A stretch of 64,000 nt of DNA, taken from the NCBI GenBank assembly GCA_963806185.1, contig CAWDXE010000001.1:672001-736000 (forward strand). The letters are read 5' to 3'. The stretch comes from an uncultured candidate division Zixibacteria bacterium (GTDB taxonomy: Bacteria > Zixibacteria > MSB-5A5 > GN15 > FEB-12). A program made the position numbers and the translations under genes. Positions 1 through 10,027 of this stretch are shown here, in pieces. Under the pieces are notes generated by a model that ran no database searches, was not told the DNA's origin, and worked only from the letters and a program-made list of their open reading frames with translations. Each line of letters starts with the position of its first letter. Position 1 is the first letter of the stretch.

Positions 1-2
1 TC

Positions 3-482
3 GTACCGGTCGATATTGTGGGCAATCTCAAATACGCACTCTTCGCCGCCGCCTGTCTTCTTCTTCTGTCCGGATTAGGGGCGAACTGGTATTCCCTCGA
101 CCGCGTGGCTAAGTATGGTCTGACCAACGCGGCATTGGTGGTGTTGGCGGTGCTTTGCGGTGCCGTTCTGCCCGCGGTATTGGTCCCCTGGTTACCCGGC
201 CGGGCGTTTTCGGTTAAGGGGGCATTCGCCGGAATTGTCCCGATGCTTGGCCTGGTGTTTCTCCACTGGCTGCACCCGGAAATCTTCCGCAGTTGGCTGA
301 ACTATGCGAGTTGGCTCCTCTTCTTCCCGGCACTATCCAGTTTCATTGGCATGAATTTCACGGGCAGCTCAACGTACACGTCGCTGTCGGGCGTCAAGAA
401 AGAGATGCGCGTCGCCCTGCCAGTGCAAATCGGCGCGGCCGTGTGCGGCTTGGTACTGTGGATCACAGGATTATTCGTATGA
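3..482 (+). CDS. hgcA: Mercury methylation corrinoid protein HgcA, C-terminal membrane part (5' end outside the window)
   Basis: Frame is open from the window edge. Several TM helices with PWLPGRAFSVKG and the HgcA C-terminal motif MNFTGSSTYTSLSGVKKEM. Its stop overlaps (ATGA) the start of an HgcB-type ferredoxin. The cap-helix motif is not in the window. Confidence 0.88.
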   Translation, partial: VPVDIVGNLKYALFAAACLLLLSGLGANWYSLDRVAKYGLTNAALVVLAVLCGAVLPAVLVPWLPGRAFSVKGAFAGIVPMLGLVFLHWLHPEIFRSWLNYASWLLFFPALSSFIGMNFTGSSTYTSLSGVKKEMRVALPVQIGAAVCGLVLWITGLFV

Positions 483-775
483 GAACAATGTATCTTCCTG
501 AAGTTGTCACTCTCGAATTCTATGTCGAGAAATGCAATGGGTGCGGCATGTGTGTTCAGGTTTGTCCGCACGCCGTCTTTGCAATCGAGAATAAACGAGC
601 AAAGCTCATAGATCGCGATGCCTGCATGGAATGTGGCGCCTGCGCCTTGAATTGCCCGGTAGGTGCGATTAGCGTTAGAGCGGGAGTCGGCTGTGCTGCG
701 GGTATTTTGAACGGAGCACTGCGTGGAACTGAACCCACTTGCGATTGCGGAGAGGACACGGGGAATTGCTGCTGA
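479..775 (+). CDS. hgcB: Mercury methylation ferredoxin HgcB (2x[4Fe-4S])
   Basis: CNGCGMCVQVCP and CMECGACALNCP (HgcB signature C(M/I)ECGAC), GVGCA, and Cys-rich tail CDCGEDTGNCC. ATG at 479 overlaps the hgcA stop; alternative start 488. Confidence 0.92.
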   Translation: MRTMYLPEVVTLEFYVEKCNGCGMCVQVCPHAVFAIENKRAKLIDRDACMECGACALNCPVGAISVRAGVGCAAGILNGALRGTEPTCDCGEDTGNCC

Positions 776-1068
776 AACGATATTCCGACTCCTATAGACT
801 CTTTTCCAGTCACCGTCAATCCGTCCCCGACATCACCTGTATTTGATTCTCTTACAACGCGTTTCATCTATCACGGCATAGTGTAATGCTATTGGGAATC
901 GGAACTTCACAAAAGTTTGGAGAAAGTGAGGTCGGGGCCGCCATGATAGTCTCCTCCATACTAATAAATGACAAACACACGAGAGGGCCGACCTCACGCT
1001 CGCAGAACGACTGCCTGTCATCGAGAGAGATCGATTCTGTTCGCGGTAGCGATTTGATAATCAAGAGC

Positions 1069-1971
1069 CTATGCGATCTCAGCAACAGCCATCTGACGCA
1101 AGCTGGTGATGTCGCGAAGCGGTGAATTGCCGAAAAGTCGGCTATACTCGCGACTGAACTGGGACTGGCTCTCGTAGCCGACCTGAAAGGCTGCGGTCGC
1201 TGCATCCAGACGTTCAATAAGCATCAACCGCCGGGCTTCGTTCAAACGCAACCACTTTTGATACTGAAGCGGACTCATAGCAGTCAAGGCGCGGAAATGA
1301 TGATGGAAGGTCGATGGACTCATGTTGACTTGCGTCGCAAGGTCATCGATACGCAGGGACTGTGTGAAATTCCCCTTCAGCCAGTCGATCGCCCGCGCCA
1401 CCTGACGGCTCTGGCTCCCCGCCGATGCCATCTGGCGCAGACGAGCTCCCTGATCGCCCACAAGCAAACGGTATAAAATCTCTCGCTGGATAATCGGCGC
1501 GAGAATCGGAATATCCTGCGGTTCATCAAGCAAATCTATCAATCGTTGCAAAGCAGCCAGAAGAGGCGATGTGATCTCGCCGTTCGCCATGCCACGGCTT
1601 GACTTCTGGGCGGGCGGCGAGGGAAGATTGCTGTCAACCATTAGTTGTGAAATCTCGCGGCGGTCCAGCTTCAATACAAGTCCTAAACACGGCTTCTCCC
1701 GGCTCGCCTTGATAACTTGTACGACCGTGGGGATGTCCACTGACGTGACCAGAAAGTGACGCGAGTCATACACATATGAGTCCTCTCCCAGAAACACGCG
1801 TTTGGCGCCTTGCACGACCACACAGATACTCGGCTCGTACATGGCGCTCACCGGTTCAGTCGGCTTCTCCCGACGATACAACATCAGTCCCGGGATCGCG
1901 GTCGTGAGCCGCTCCCCCTTCTCAGTCCATCGGGCAATGCTCCTTACGAGCCCTTCAGTCCAACCTTTCAT
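1069..1971 (-). CDS. AraC family transcriptional regulator (YqhC-like, AraC_N + HTH)
   Basis: N-terminal YEPSICVVVQGAK; C-terminal double HTH MSPSTFHHHFR...SPLQYQK...VGYESQSQFSREY. Divergent from ADH/AKR genes. Confidence 0.92.
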   Translation of the reverse strand: MKGWTEGLVRSIARWTEKGERLTTAIPGLMLYRREKPTEPVSAMYEPSICVVVQGAKRVFLGEDSYVYDSRHFLVTSVDIPTVVQVIKASREKPCLGLVLKLDRREISQLMVDSNLPSPPAQKSSRGMANGEITSPLLAALQRLIDLLDEPQDIPILAPIIQREILYRLLVGDQGARLRQMASAGSQSRQVARAIDWLKGNFTQSLRIDDLATQVNMSPSTFHHHFRALTAMSPLQYQKWLRLNEARRLMLIERLDAATAAFQVGYESQSQFSREYSRLFGNSPLRDITSLRQMAVAEIA

Positions 1972-2027
1972 GCGGGAAAGGTACTAAACGACACCAGGGT
2001 GAACAACACAATTTTTGCACCCCTCGG

Positions 2028-2088
2028 AGGATTAGGCAAGAATCAAACAGGATTGCTATGTCTAACTTCATCTGAATTGCAGTATGAT
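2028..2088 (+). promoter_or_regulatory. Putative AraC-activated promoter: AGGATT direct repeat at 21-bp spacing plus a -10 TATGAT
   Basis: AGGATT at 2028-2033 and 2049-2054, TATGAT at 2083-2088, lying between the divergent AraC gene and the ADH gene. Confidence 0.5.
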
Positions 2089-2121
2089 AGGTCAAAAGAA
2101 ATTGAAAAGGAGAACAACGAT

Positions 2122-3171
2122 ATGTATAACGCAAAGGCATTCTCCGCGGTCAGCCCGACGTCAGGGTTGGCATCTACGAAGATTCCTCGGCGAAACCCAA
2201 CCGAACACGACGTGCAGATTGACATACTTTTCTGCGGAGTCTGCCACTCGGATCTTCACACTGTCCGCAACGAATGGGGCGGAACGGTCTATCCGTGCGT
2301 TCCAGGGCATGAAATAGTCGGACGCGTCACCAAGGTCGGTTCCCACGTCACCAATTTCAAGCCTGGCGACATGGTGGCAGTTGGTTGTCTGGTCGGATCC
2401 GACCGAACCTGTCCGGAATGTCAGGCTGGCTTGGAGCAATACTGCGCCCATTGGGTAGGTACCTATAATTCACCGGATGAACACACGGGCCCCGTTACTT
2501 ACGGCGGCTATTCGGATAGCATAGTGGTCGATGATCACTTCGTCCTGCGAGTGCCCACCAATCTTGGTCTTGCCGGCACCGCGCCCCTCTTGTGCGCCGG
2601 GATCACCACCTACTCGCCCTTACGCCATTGGGGTGTCACCAAAGGGAAGAAAGTCGGCGTAGTCGGACTTGGCGGATTGGGTCATATGGGAGTGAAGTTC
2701 GCGCATGCCTTCGGCGCTCACGTTGTCGTCTTTACCACTTCGGGTGGCAAGATTGAAGACGCTCGTCGGCTAGGTGCAGATGAGGTAGTGGTTTCTCGCA
2801 ATGGCGATGAAATGCAGAAACACGCGCGCAGCTTTGATTTCATTCTCGATACTGTCTCAGCCGACCACGACATCAATGCCTACATGAATCTCCTGCATCG
2901 CGACGGCAATCTGACTCTCGTGGGTGCCCCGGAGAAACCGCTTGCGGTTGCCGCTTTTCCACTGATTCTGCAGCGCCGCAGCTTTTCCGGCTCGCTCATT
3001 GGCGGTATTGCCGAGACGCAAGAGATGCTCGATTTCTGCGGCAAGAATAATATTACCGCCGATGTCGAAGTCATCCCTATCCAGAAAGTCAATGAAGCCT
3101 ACGAACGAATGCTCAAGTCCGACGTGAAGTACCGCTTCTCGATTGATATGGCCTCGCTTAAATCGGAGTAA
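2122..3171 (+). CDS. Zn-dependent NAD(P)-dependent alcohol dehydrogenase (cinnamyl-ADH/YahK-like)
   Basis: CGVCHSDLH, GHEIVG, GLGGLGHMG, YRFSID. Start ATG 2122 follows AAGGAG; the ORF-track start at 1810 is an over-extension. Confidence 0.93.
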   Translation: MYNAKAFSAVSPTSGLASTKIPRRNPTEHDVQIDILFCGVCHSDLHTVRNEWGGTVYPCVPGHEIVGRVTKVGSHVTNFKPGDMVAVGCLVGSDRTCPECQAGLEQYCAHWVGTYNSPDEHTGPVTYGGYSDSIVVDDHFVLRVPTNLGLAGTAPLLCAGITTYSPLRHWGVTKGKKVGVVGLGGLGHMGVKFAHAFGAHVVVFTTSGGKIEDARRLGADEVVVSRNGDEMQKHARSFDFILDTVSADHDINAYMNLLHRDGNLTLVGAPEKPLAVAAFPLILQRRSFSGSLIGGIAETQEMLDFCGKNNITADVEVIPIQKVNEAYERMLKSDVKYRFSIDMASLKSE

Positions 3172-4188
<1,017 letters not shown>

Positions 4189-4248
4189 ACAAAACGTCGC
4201 TTTAGAGTCTGGGGGGACTGAGGTCGGGATCGCGTTGATCAAAATTCC

Positions 4249-4280
4249 GCCCCTTTGAGGAGTATGTCGAAGGGGCTTTT
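4249..4280 (+). terminator. Probable intrinsic terminator after the AKR gene
   Basis: Stem GCCCCTTTGA / TCGAAGGGGC (one G-U pair) followed by TTTT. Confidence 0.6.
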
Positions 4281-4480
4281 GTATGTGGGACAAAGCGTTC
4301 CGCGCATTAAGGTCTAGTTCGAGAGTGACGTTGTAAGCATTTCGATCTTTTCTGATTCATGTTGAGCGAAGCACTAACCTTAGCGCTGTATTATTTCCGG
4401 GGATGAGCGTGAAATTGCTCTTGACCTGGGGTGCAAATGTCGATATATAGGATATAAGACTCTTAAATCTGGAACTGGTT

Positions 4481-4915
4481 GTGCTATTTTCAAAAGGGTG
4501 TACCTACGCAATTCGAGCCGCCCTGCTTGTCTCGGTCAAGGAGACTAGTGACGGGCGGAAGTTCATCCCTATACGTGAGCTCGCGGACGAACTGGAACTC
4601 TCCTTCCATTTCCTCACCAAGATCATGCAGGTGCTCACCGAAGCACGGATTATGGAGTCGTTTCGCGGTCCGAACGGTGGCGTCGGTCTGGCCCGACCAG
4701 CCAGGGAGATCACTCTTGTGGATGTCATCGCGGCTGTGGACGGCATGGCCCTCTTCAAGGAGTGCGCCCTGGGACTCCCGGGTTGCGGTGAAAGAACCCC
4801 CTGCCCGCTCCACGTAGCCTGGGCAAAACGGCGCGAAGATCTGAAGCGGATGTTTGAAAAAACAACGCTGGCAAGCCTCGCGAAAGATTTGGATACCAAC
4901 TCATTTAGGAACTAA
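4481..4915 (+). CDS. Rrf2 family transcriptional regulator with a likely Fe-S-binding Cys motif
   Basis: YAIRA, SFRGPNGG, ITLVDVIAAVDG, and C-x6-C-x5-C-x2-H (CALGLPGCGERTPCPLH). GTG start; heads the nos operon. Confidence 0.92.
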   Translation: MLFSKGCTYAIRAALLVSVKETSDGRKFIPIRELADELELSFHFLTKIMQVLTEARIMESFRGPNGGVGLARPAREITLVDVIAAVDGMALFKECALGLPGCGERTPCPLHVAWAKRREDLKRMFEKTTLASLAKDLDTNSFRN

Positions 4916-5054
4916 TGGAAAGAGATGAGCGGGATGTTGTCGATACGATGCGTTCATATTTCGGATATCACACTCCGAAATCCGCTATTCATCCTCCAAC
5001 CCACGTTGCCAATCAATTCAGTCATTTCATCAAATAACCGAAGGATTATCTCTC

Positions 5055-5597
5055 ATGCGCAAGACCTTCACCTCGCGGGCAGTCATCATCCTGGCCTCCC
5101 TGGTTGGCTGCTGCATAATCGGCGGCTGTTCCTCCTCGCCCGAAACCGACGCCGAACGTCAGGCTCGATGGGCACATGGCAATCTGACAGAGTGGGAAAC
5201 GGAAAACGGCATCGGTCCGATATCGGCCGATGTACAACTCAGCGCAATTGACGCAGCCATGGCCGAACAGGGCAGGCAGCACTTCGCGCAGAAGTGCGCC
5301 ACTTGCCACTATCTCGATATGCGCAAAACCGGCCCGGCGCTGCGTGACGTTACCAAGCGTCGGAGTGCCGCCTACGTGCTCAACCAAGTGCAGAATCCTG
5401 AAACGATGGGCAAAGTGCATCCGGAAGGAAAGAAACTGGTGGCTCAGTATGCACAGTATATGACGATTCAGGGGATTACTCCGGAGATCGCCCGACAGCT
5501 ACTGGAATTTCTGCGCTCTGAGGCTGACAGGCCGGCCGTTGCCGCAGAGCAGCAGCCGGGTTTTGGAGTTCCCGCGCCACCTGCAACCGGCAAGTAA
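5055..5597 (+). CDS. Monoheme cytochrome c lipoprotein of the clade II nos cluster
   Basis: Lipoprotein-like signal ending IIGGC, heme motif CATCH, GPAL, distal Met. Immediately upstream of nosZ. Confidence 0.88.
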   Translation: MRKTFTSRAVIILASLVGCCIIGGCSSSPETDAERQARWAHGNLTEWETENGIGPISADVQLSAIDAAMAEQGRQHFAQKCATCHYLDMRKTGPALRDVTKRRSAAYVLNQVQNPETMGKVHPEGKKLVAQYAQYMTIQGITPEIARQLLEFLRSEADRPAVAAEQQPGFGVPAPPATGK

Positions 5598-5646
5598 GAA
5601 TCAGATTGCAGGAGAAAGATGTCATTTCCCGAGAGGAGGATATAAG

Positions 5647-7560
5647 ATGCTTCAAGGTAAACGACTGGTGCCGGCTGGATTTGTTCTTCTGCTGGCAATT
5701 GGGCTGGGTTCCGGCTGCTCCAGGAAACAGGAAGCGGGCGGTTTCGGCGACGCCGCCGCAAAAGTGTATGTGGCGCCGGGCAGCTACGACGAGTTCTATG
5801 CCTTCATGTCTGGTGGCTTCAGTGGTCAAGTCTCGGTGTATGGACTGCCGTCCGGAAGGCTCTTGAAGGTTATTCCGGTGTTTGGGCAGGATCCGGAGAA
5901 GGGCTACGGGTACTCCGAGGAAACAAAACCACTCCTCATGACCACGCACGGATTCGTTCCGTGGGATGATGCGCACCATCCTCAGCTGTCGATGACCGAT
6001 GGGCAGACGGATGGCCGATGGCTCTTCATCAATGGTAACAACACGCCGCGAATTGCACGAATCGATTTGACTACCTTCGAGACCGTTGAGACAATTGAAA
6101 TACCCAATTCCGGCGGTAATCACGGCTCACCGTACCTGACCCCCGGCACGGAGTATGTTGTCGCATCGACCCGCTTCAGCGTGCCCATCCCGCAGAAAGA
6201 CGTACCGATAAGTTCCTACAAGGAGAACTTCAAGGGAACTATCTCCTATGTCAAAGTGGATTCGGCCACCGGTCGAATGAAGATCGCGTTCCAGATTCTG
6301 GTTCCGGGAATCAACTATGACCTTTCGCGTTCCGGCAAGGGCCCGTCATATGGCTGGTCGTTCTTCACTTCCTATAATACAGAACAGGCCAATACCCAGC
6401 TTGAAGTGAACGCCTCGCAAAACGACAAGGACTTTGTGGCGGCTGTTAACTGGAAGCTGGCCGAACAGCTGATCGCGCAGGGAAAAGGGCAGATCTGGAA
6501 AGCACCGCATTATCACAACTATATGGACAGCGCGGATGTCGGTAAGAGCGAGGTGATCTCTGAAGTTCCGATGCTTGTCGCCAAGGACAACCCGGGACTG
6601 GTCTATTTTCTTCCGACGCCCAAGTCGCCGCACGGTTGTGATGTCGATCCGTCGGGAGAGTACATCGTGGCCTCCGGAAAACTGGCGGCCCTCATTCCGG
6701 TGCACTCCTTCAGCAAGTTTCAGACAGCGGTCGCAAACAAGGAATTCGACGGAGAATTCGACGGCATTCCGATTCTCAAATATGAATCGGTATTGGCCGG
6801 TGAGGTGAAGGAGCCTGGTCTCGGGCCGCTGCACACCGAGTTTGACGGCAAAGGTTTCGGTTATACCTCGATGTTCCTCTCTTCCGAAATCGTCAAGTGG
6901 AAGATCGGGACGTGGGAAGTGGTCGATCGCATACCGACCTATTACTCCATCGGGCACCTGATGATCCCCGGCGGCGACACGAAACAGCCGTACGGCAAGT
7001 ATGTCATCGCCCTCAACAAGATCACCAAGGATCGTTACCTGCCAACCGGTCCCGAGCTTGCACAGGCGGCGCAACTGATCGATATCAGCGGCGACAAGAT
7101 GAAACTGCTGCTCGATTTTCCGACCATTGGCGAGCCGCACTATGCGCAGGCCTGCCCAGCGTCACTTATCAAGGATAAGTCGGTTCGCTGGTATCCGATC
7201 GAAAATAACCACAATCCATACGCAATTCATGCTGAAGGAGAGGCGCGGGTGGAACGGGATGGACGGAACGTGCACGTCTATATAAGCACCATACGCACTC
7301 ACTTTGCCCCTGACAACATCGAGGGGGTCAAGGTCGGAGACAAGGTCTATTTCCACGTTACCAACCTGGAGCAGGACTGGGATGTGCCGCACGGCTTTGC
7401 GGTCATGGGCTCGAACAACTCGGAGTTGTTGATTATGCCCGGCCAGACACGGACTATCCTGTGGGAGCCTAAGGAAGTCGGCGTGATCCCGTTCTACTGC
7501 ACCGATTTCTGCTCCGCTCTGCATCAGGAAATGCAGGGTTGGATTCGCGTGTCGATTTGA
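5647..7560 (+). CDS. nosZ: Sec-dependent (clade II) nitrous-oxide reductase
   Basis: YAFMSGGFSGQ; CuZ His motifs DAHH, GNHG, SPHG, GPLH, EPH; CuA motif CTDFCSALHQEM. Signal ends in GSGC with no twin-Arg. Start ATG 5647 follows GAGGAGG. Confidence 0.97.
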   Translation: MLQGKRLVPAGFVLLLAIGLGSGCSRKQEAGGFGDAAAKVYVAPGSYDEFYAFMSGGFSGQVSVYGLPSGRLLKVIPVFGQDPEKGYGYSEETKPLLMTTHGFVPWDDAHHPQLSMTDGQTDGRWLFINGNNTPRIARIDLTTFETVETIEIPNSGGNHGSPYLTPGTEYVVASTRFSVPIPQKDVPISSYKENFKGTISYVKVDSATGRMKIAFQILVPGINYDLSRSGKGPSYGWSFFTSYNTEQANTQLEVNASQNDKDFVAAVNWKLAEQLIAQGKGQIWKAPHYHNYMDSADVGKSEVISEVPMLVAKDNPGLVYFLPTPKSPHGCDVDPSGEYIVASGKLAALIPVHSFSKFQTAVANKEFDGEFDGIPILKYESVLAGEVKEPGLGPLHTEFDGKGFGYTSMFLSSEIVKWKIGTWEVVDRIPTYYSIGHLMIPGGDTKQPYGKYVIALNKITKDRYLPTGPELAQAAQLIDISGDKMKLLLDFPTIGEPHYAQACPASLIKDKSVRWYPIENNHNPYAIHAEGEARVERDGRNVHVYISTIRTHFAPDNIEGVKVGDKVYFHVTNLEQDWDVPHGFAVMGSNNSELLIMPGQTRTILWEPKEVGVIPFYCTDFCSALHQEMQGWIRVSI

Positions 7561-7577
7561 CAACGAAAGAGATGTGA

Positions 7578-8738
7578 GTGAAACCTGACATTCCAATAGG
7601 CGATCCCGCAAATGCCGCGGGGTCGCTTGCCCGGTCGAACCCCCGTCATGACGGTGCGGGTCGGCGCCGGCGCATGCATCCCGGACTGCGAGTGCTGCTG
7701 GCTGTTGCTGCTCTGCTGCTGTCTCTCACCTACTTCTTTCCGCTTTGGGAGATATCGTTGGACGCTCCCCAGTATCCGGAGGGGCTCGGCCTGGAGATTT
7801 GGATCAATCAGATGCAGGGGCAACACCCGGGTGATCTGAACAAGATCAACAATTTGAATCATTATATAGGGATGAAGCACATCCAGCCGAAATCCATTCC
7901 GGAGCTGAAAATCATGCCCTGGATTATGCGTGGCGTGATGATTATTGGCCTCATAGCCGCAGCGACCGGACGACGATCGATTCTGATACTCTGGCTCCTC
8001 GTGTTCCTGGTGATGGCCATTGCGGGGCTCGTTGATTTCTATATGTGGGGGTATGATTACGGGCACAATCTCGACACGCAACATGCCATCATCAAGGTCC
8101 CGGGGATGAGCTATCAGCCCCCGTTGATCGGCTCCAAGAAATTACTGAATTTCAAGGCGATCTCACTTCCGGGTATCGGGGGATGGTTTGCCATCGCTTC
8201 GTTCGTCATTGGTGCTTTGATCTGGCTGTATGATCGGAGGCGATTCGGTCGCCGAGCTCGGGTCACAGCGGGTGCGATGGCTGGGGTAACAGTGGGTCTG
8301 ATGTTCCTGCTCGCACTCGGCTGCGGTACAACCGGACCGACGCCCATTCAGTATGGAGTAGACCAGTGCGATTACTGCAGGATGACCATCGCGGACCGGA
8401 GATTCGGCACAGAATTGATCACCGACAAAGGAAAGTCGCACAAATACGATTCTATCGAGTGTCTTGCCGCCGCCGAGTTGAAGTCGGCACAGGATGCAAA
8501 GAAGATACGCTCTCAGTGGGTGACCGACTTTGCACATCCGGGAACCTTCCTGGACGTGCGGGCCGCTACGTTCGTTGCCACCGAGCGGCAAAAGAGTCCC
8601 ATGGGCGTGGGACTAGTTGCGGTTGGCACAGACTCCGACGCCGCTGTTCTCATACAATCGGTGGGCGGAGCCGTGGTCGACTGGAACGGCGCAAAGCGCC
8701 TGGTGGCAGAAACATGGAAACTCTCGGAAGAAGAATGA
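7578..8738 (+). CDS. nosL: NosB-like membrane domain fused to a NosL copper chaperone domain
   Basis: N-part PLWEISLDAPQYPEGL...INNLNHYIGM...WGYDYGHNLD...YQPPLIG (clade II NosB-type). C-part CDYCRMTI...YDSIECL...SPMG (NosL). Confidence 0.85.
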   Translation: MKPDIPIGDPANAAGSLARSNPRHDGAGRRRRMHPGLRVLLAVAALLLSLTYFFPLWEISLDAPQYPEGLGLEIWINQMQGQHPGDLNKINNLNHYIGMKHIQPKSIPELKIMPWIMRGVMIIGLIAAATGRRSILILWLLVFLVMAIAGLVDFYMWGYDYGHNLDTQHAIIKVPGMSYQPPLIGSKKLLNFKAISLPGIGGWFAIASFVIGALIWLYDRRRFGRRARVTAGAMAGVTVGLMFLLALGCGTTGPTPIQYGVDQCDYCRMTIADRRFGTELITDKGKSHKYDSIECLAAAELKSAQDAKKIRSQWVTDFAHPGTFLDVRAATFVATERQKSPMGVGLVAVGTDSDAAVLIQSVGGAVVDWNGAKRLVAETWKLSEEE

Positions 8739-10027
8739 GGCGTCGGATGTCGCGCGATTCTCGGCTCTTCCCGCTGTCATTTCGCCGGCTGATTATCCTG
8801 TTCTGGATCAGCGGCGCAATAGAACTCCTGGGATCTTTCGACAGTAATGCGTCCACCATTCACGTGCAGCCTGCCGGTCATGTGCGATCGATCGCCGAAG
8901 CGATCGCCGGGGCCTCCCCAGGCGACACCATACGAGTCGCCGCCGGACGCTACGAGGAATTCGACCTGCACATCACCAAGCCGATGACGCTGCTTGGTCA
9001 GGCCTGGCCGGTCATTGATGCGAACGGACGAGGTCCTATTTTCGAGATAACCGCCCCGGGGGTGACTGTCTCGGGCTTTGAGTTACGCGGTGTGCCGGTG
9101 AGTTTTGTGAAAGAGTATGCCGCCATCCTTGTGAGCAACTCAGCCGATTGTGAAATTCGCGGCAATCGCTTCATTGACGATTTCTTTGCCGTCTATCTGG
9201 CAAAATCCCAGTTTTGCCGCATTCTTGACAATGCAATCACGGGATCAGCGAAGGAGCTCACCACAGCCGGCAATGGCATCCATCTCTGGAGTTGCTCCAA
9301 CATCGATATTACCAACAACGTGATTCGGGGACACCGTGACGGCATCTACTTCGAATTCGTGACCCACAGCGCGATAGTGAACAACTCGAGCGAAGACAAC
9401 CTCCGATACGGATTGCACTTCATGTTTTCGGATACCTGCCGGTACGAACGGAATCGCTTCATTCACAACGGGGCCGGCGTCGCCGTTATGTATACGGATT
9501 TCGTCGACATGATCGACAACACCTTCGAGGACAACTGGGGTGGCGCATCCTACGGCCTGCTCCTGAAGGATATCAAGGCCAGCCGGGTGCTTCACAATCA
9601 GTTCACGCGCAATTCAATCGGAATCCACATGGAAGGCTCGGATTACGTTCACATTGAAAGGAATCGTTTTACCGCCAACGGATGGGCCATAAAGATCATG
9701 GCCAACTGCGTGCAAAGTTCGATTGAACAGAATGACTTCATCGACAATTCCTTTCAGGTAGCGACCAACAGCCGTCACACCTTCAGCAGCTTCTCGGGCA
9801 ACTACTGGAGCCCGTACTGTGGCTTTGATCTGGATCGGGACGGGTATGGTGATGAGCCCTACCGTCCGGTAAGCCTTTACAGCTTATTGGTGGAGTCGGA
9901 TCCATCCACGCTCGTGTTAGTGCGAAGCCTGCTCATCGATGTTCTGAATCTGGCTGAACGAATGGTGCCGACCTTCACTCCGGAAGCGCTGGTTGATACC
10001 AAACCGCGCATGAGGCCCGTTACATGA
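8735..10027 (+). CDS. nosD: Nitrous oxide reductase maturation protein NosD
   Basis: Beta-helix repeats; GNGIHLW, RDGIYFE, RYGLHFMFS, GNYWS, DLDRDGYGD. ATG at 8735 overlaps the upstream stop (ATGA). Confidence 0.93.
   Translation: MRRRMSRDSRLFPLSFRRLIILFWISGAIELLGSFDSNASTIHVQPAGHVRSIAEAIAGASPGDTIRVAAGRYEEFDLHITKPMTLLGQAWPVIDANGRGPIFEITAPGVTVSGFELRGVPVSFVKEYAAILVSNSADCEIRGNRFIDDFFAVYLAKSQFCRILDNAITGSAKELTTAGNGIHLWSCSNIDITNNVIRGHRDGIYFEFVTHSAIVNNSSEDNLRYGLHFMFSDTCRYERNRFIHNGAGVAVMYTDFVDMIDNTFEDNWGGASYGLLLKDIKASRVLHNQFTRNSIGIHMEGSDYVHIERNRFTANGWAIKIMANCVQSSIEQNDFIDNSFQVATNSRHTFSSFSGNYWSPYCGFDLDRDGYGDEPYRPVSLYSLLVESDPSTLVLVRSLLIDVLNLAERMVPTFTPEALVDTKPRMRPVT

Noticed and set aside
293..478. N-terminal extension of the ferredoxin ORF, or an hgcA-hgcB fusion
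   Set aside because: It overlaps hgcA in another frame. hgcA has its own stop and hgcB starts at the ATGA overlap.
1810..2121. Long N-terminal extension of the ADH
   Set aside because: It overlaps the divergent AraC gene. ATG 2122 has an RBS and gives a typical length.
4925..5251. 108-aa ORF between the Rrf2 and cytochrome c genes
   Set aside because: It overlaps the cytochrome c gene out of frame and has no motif.
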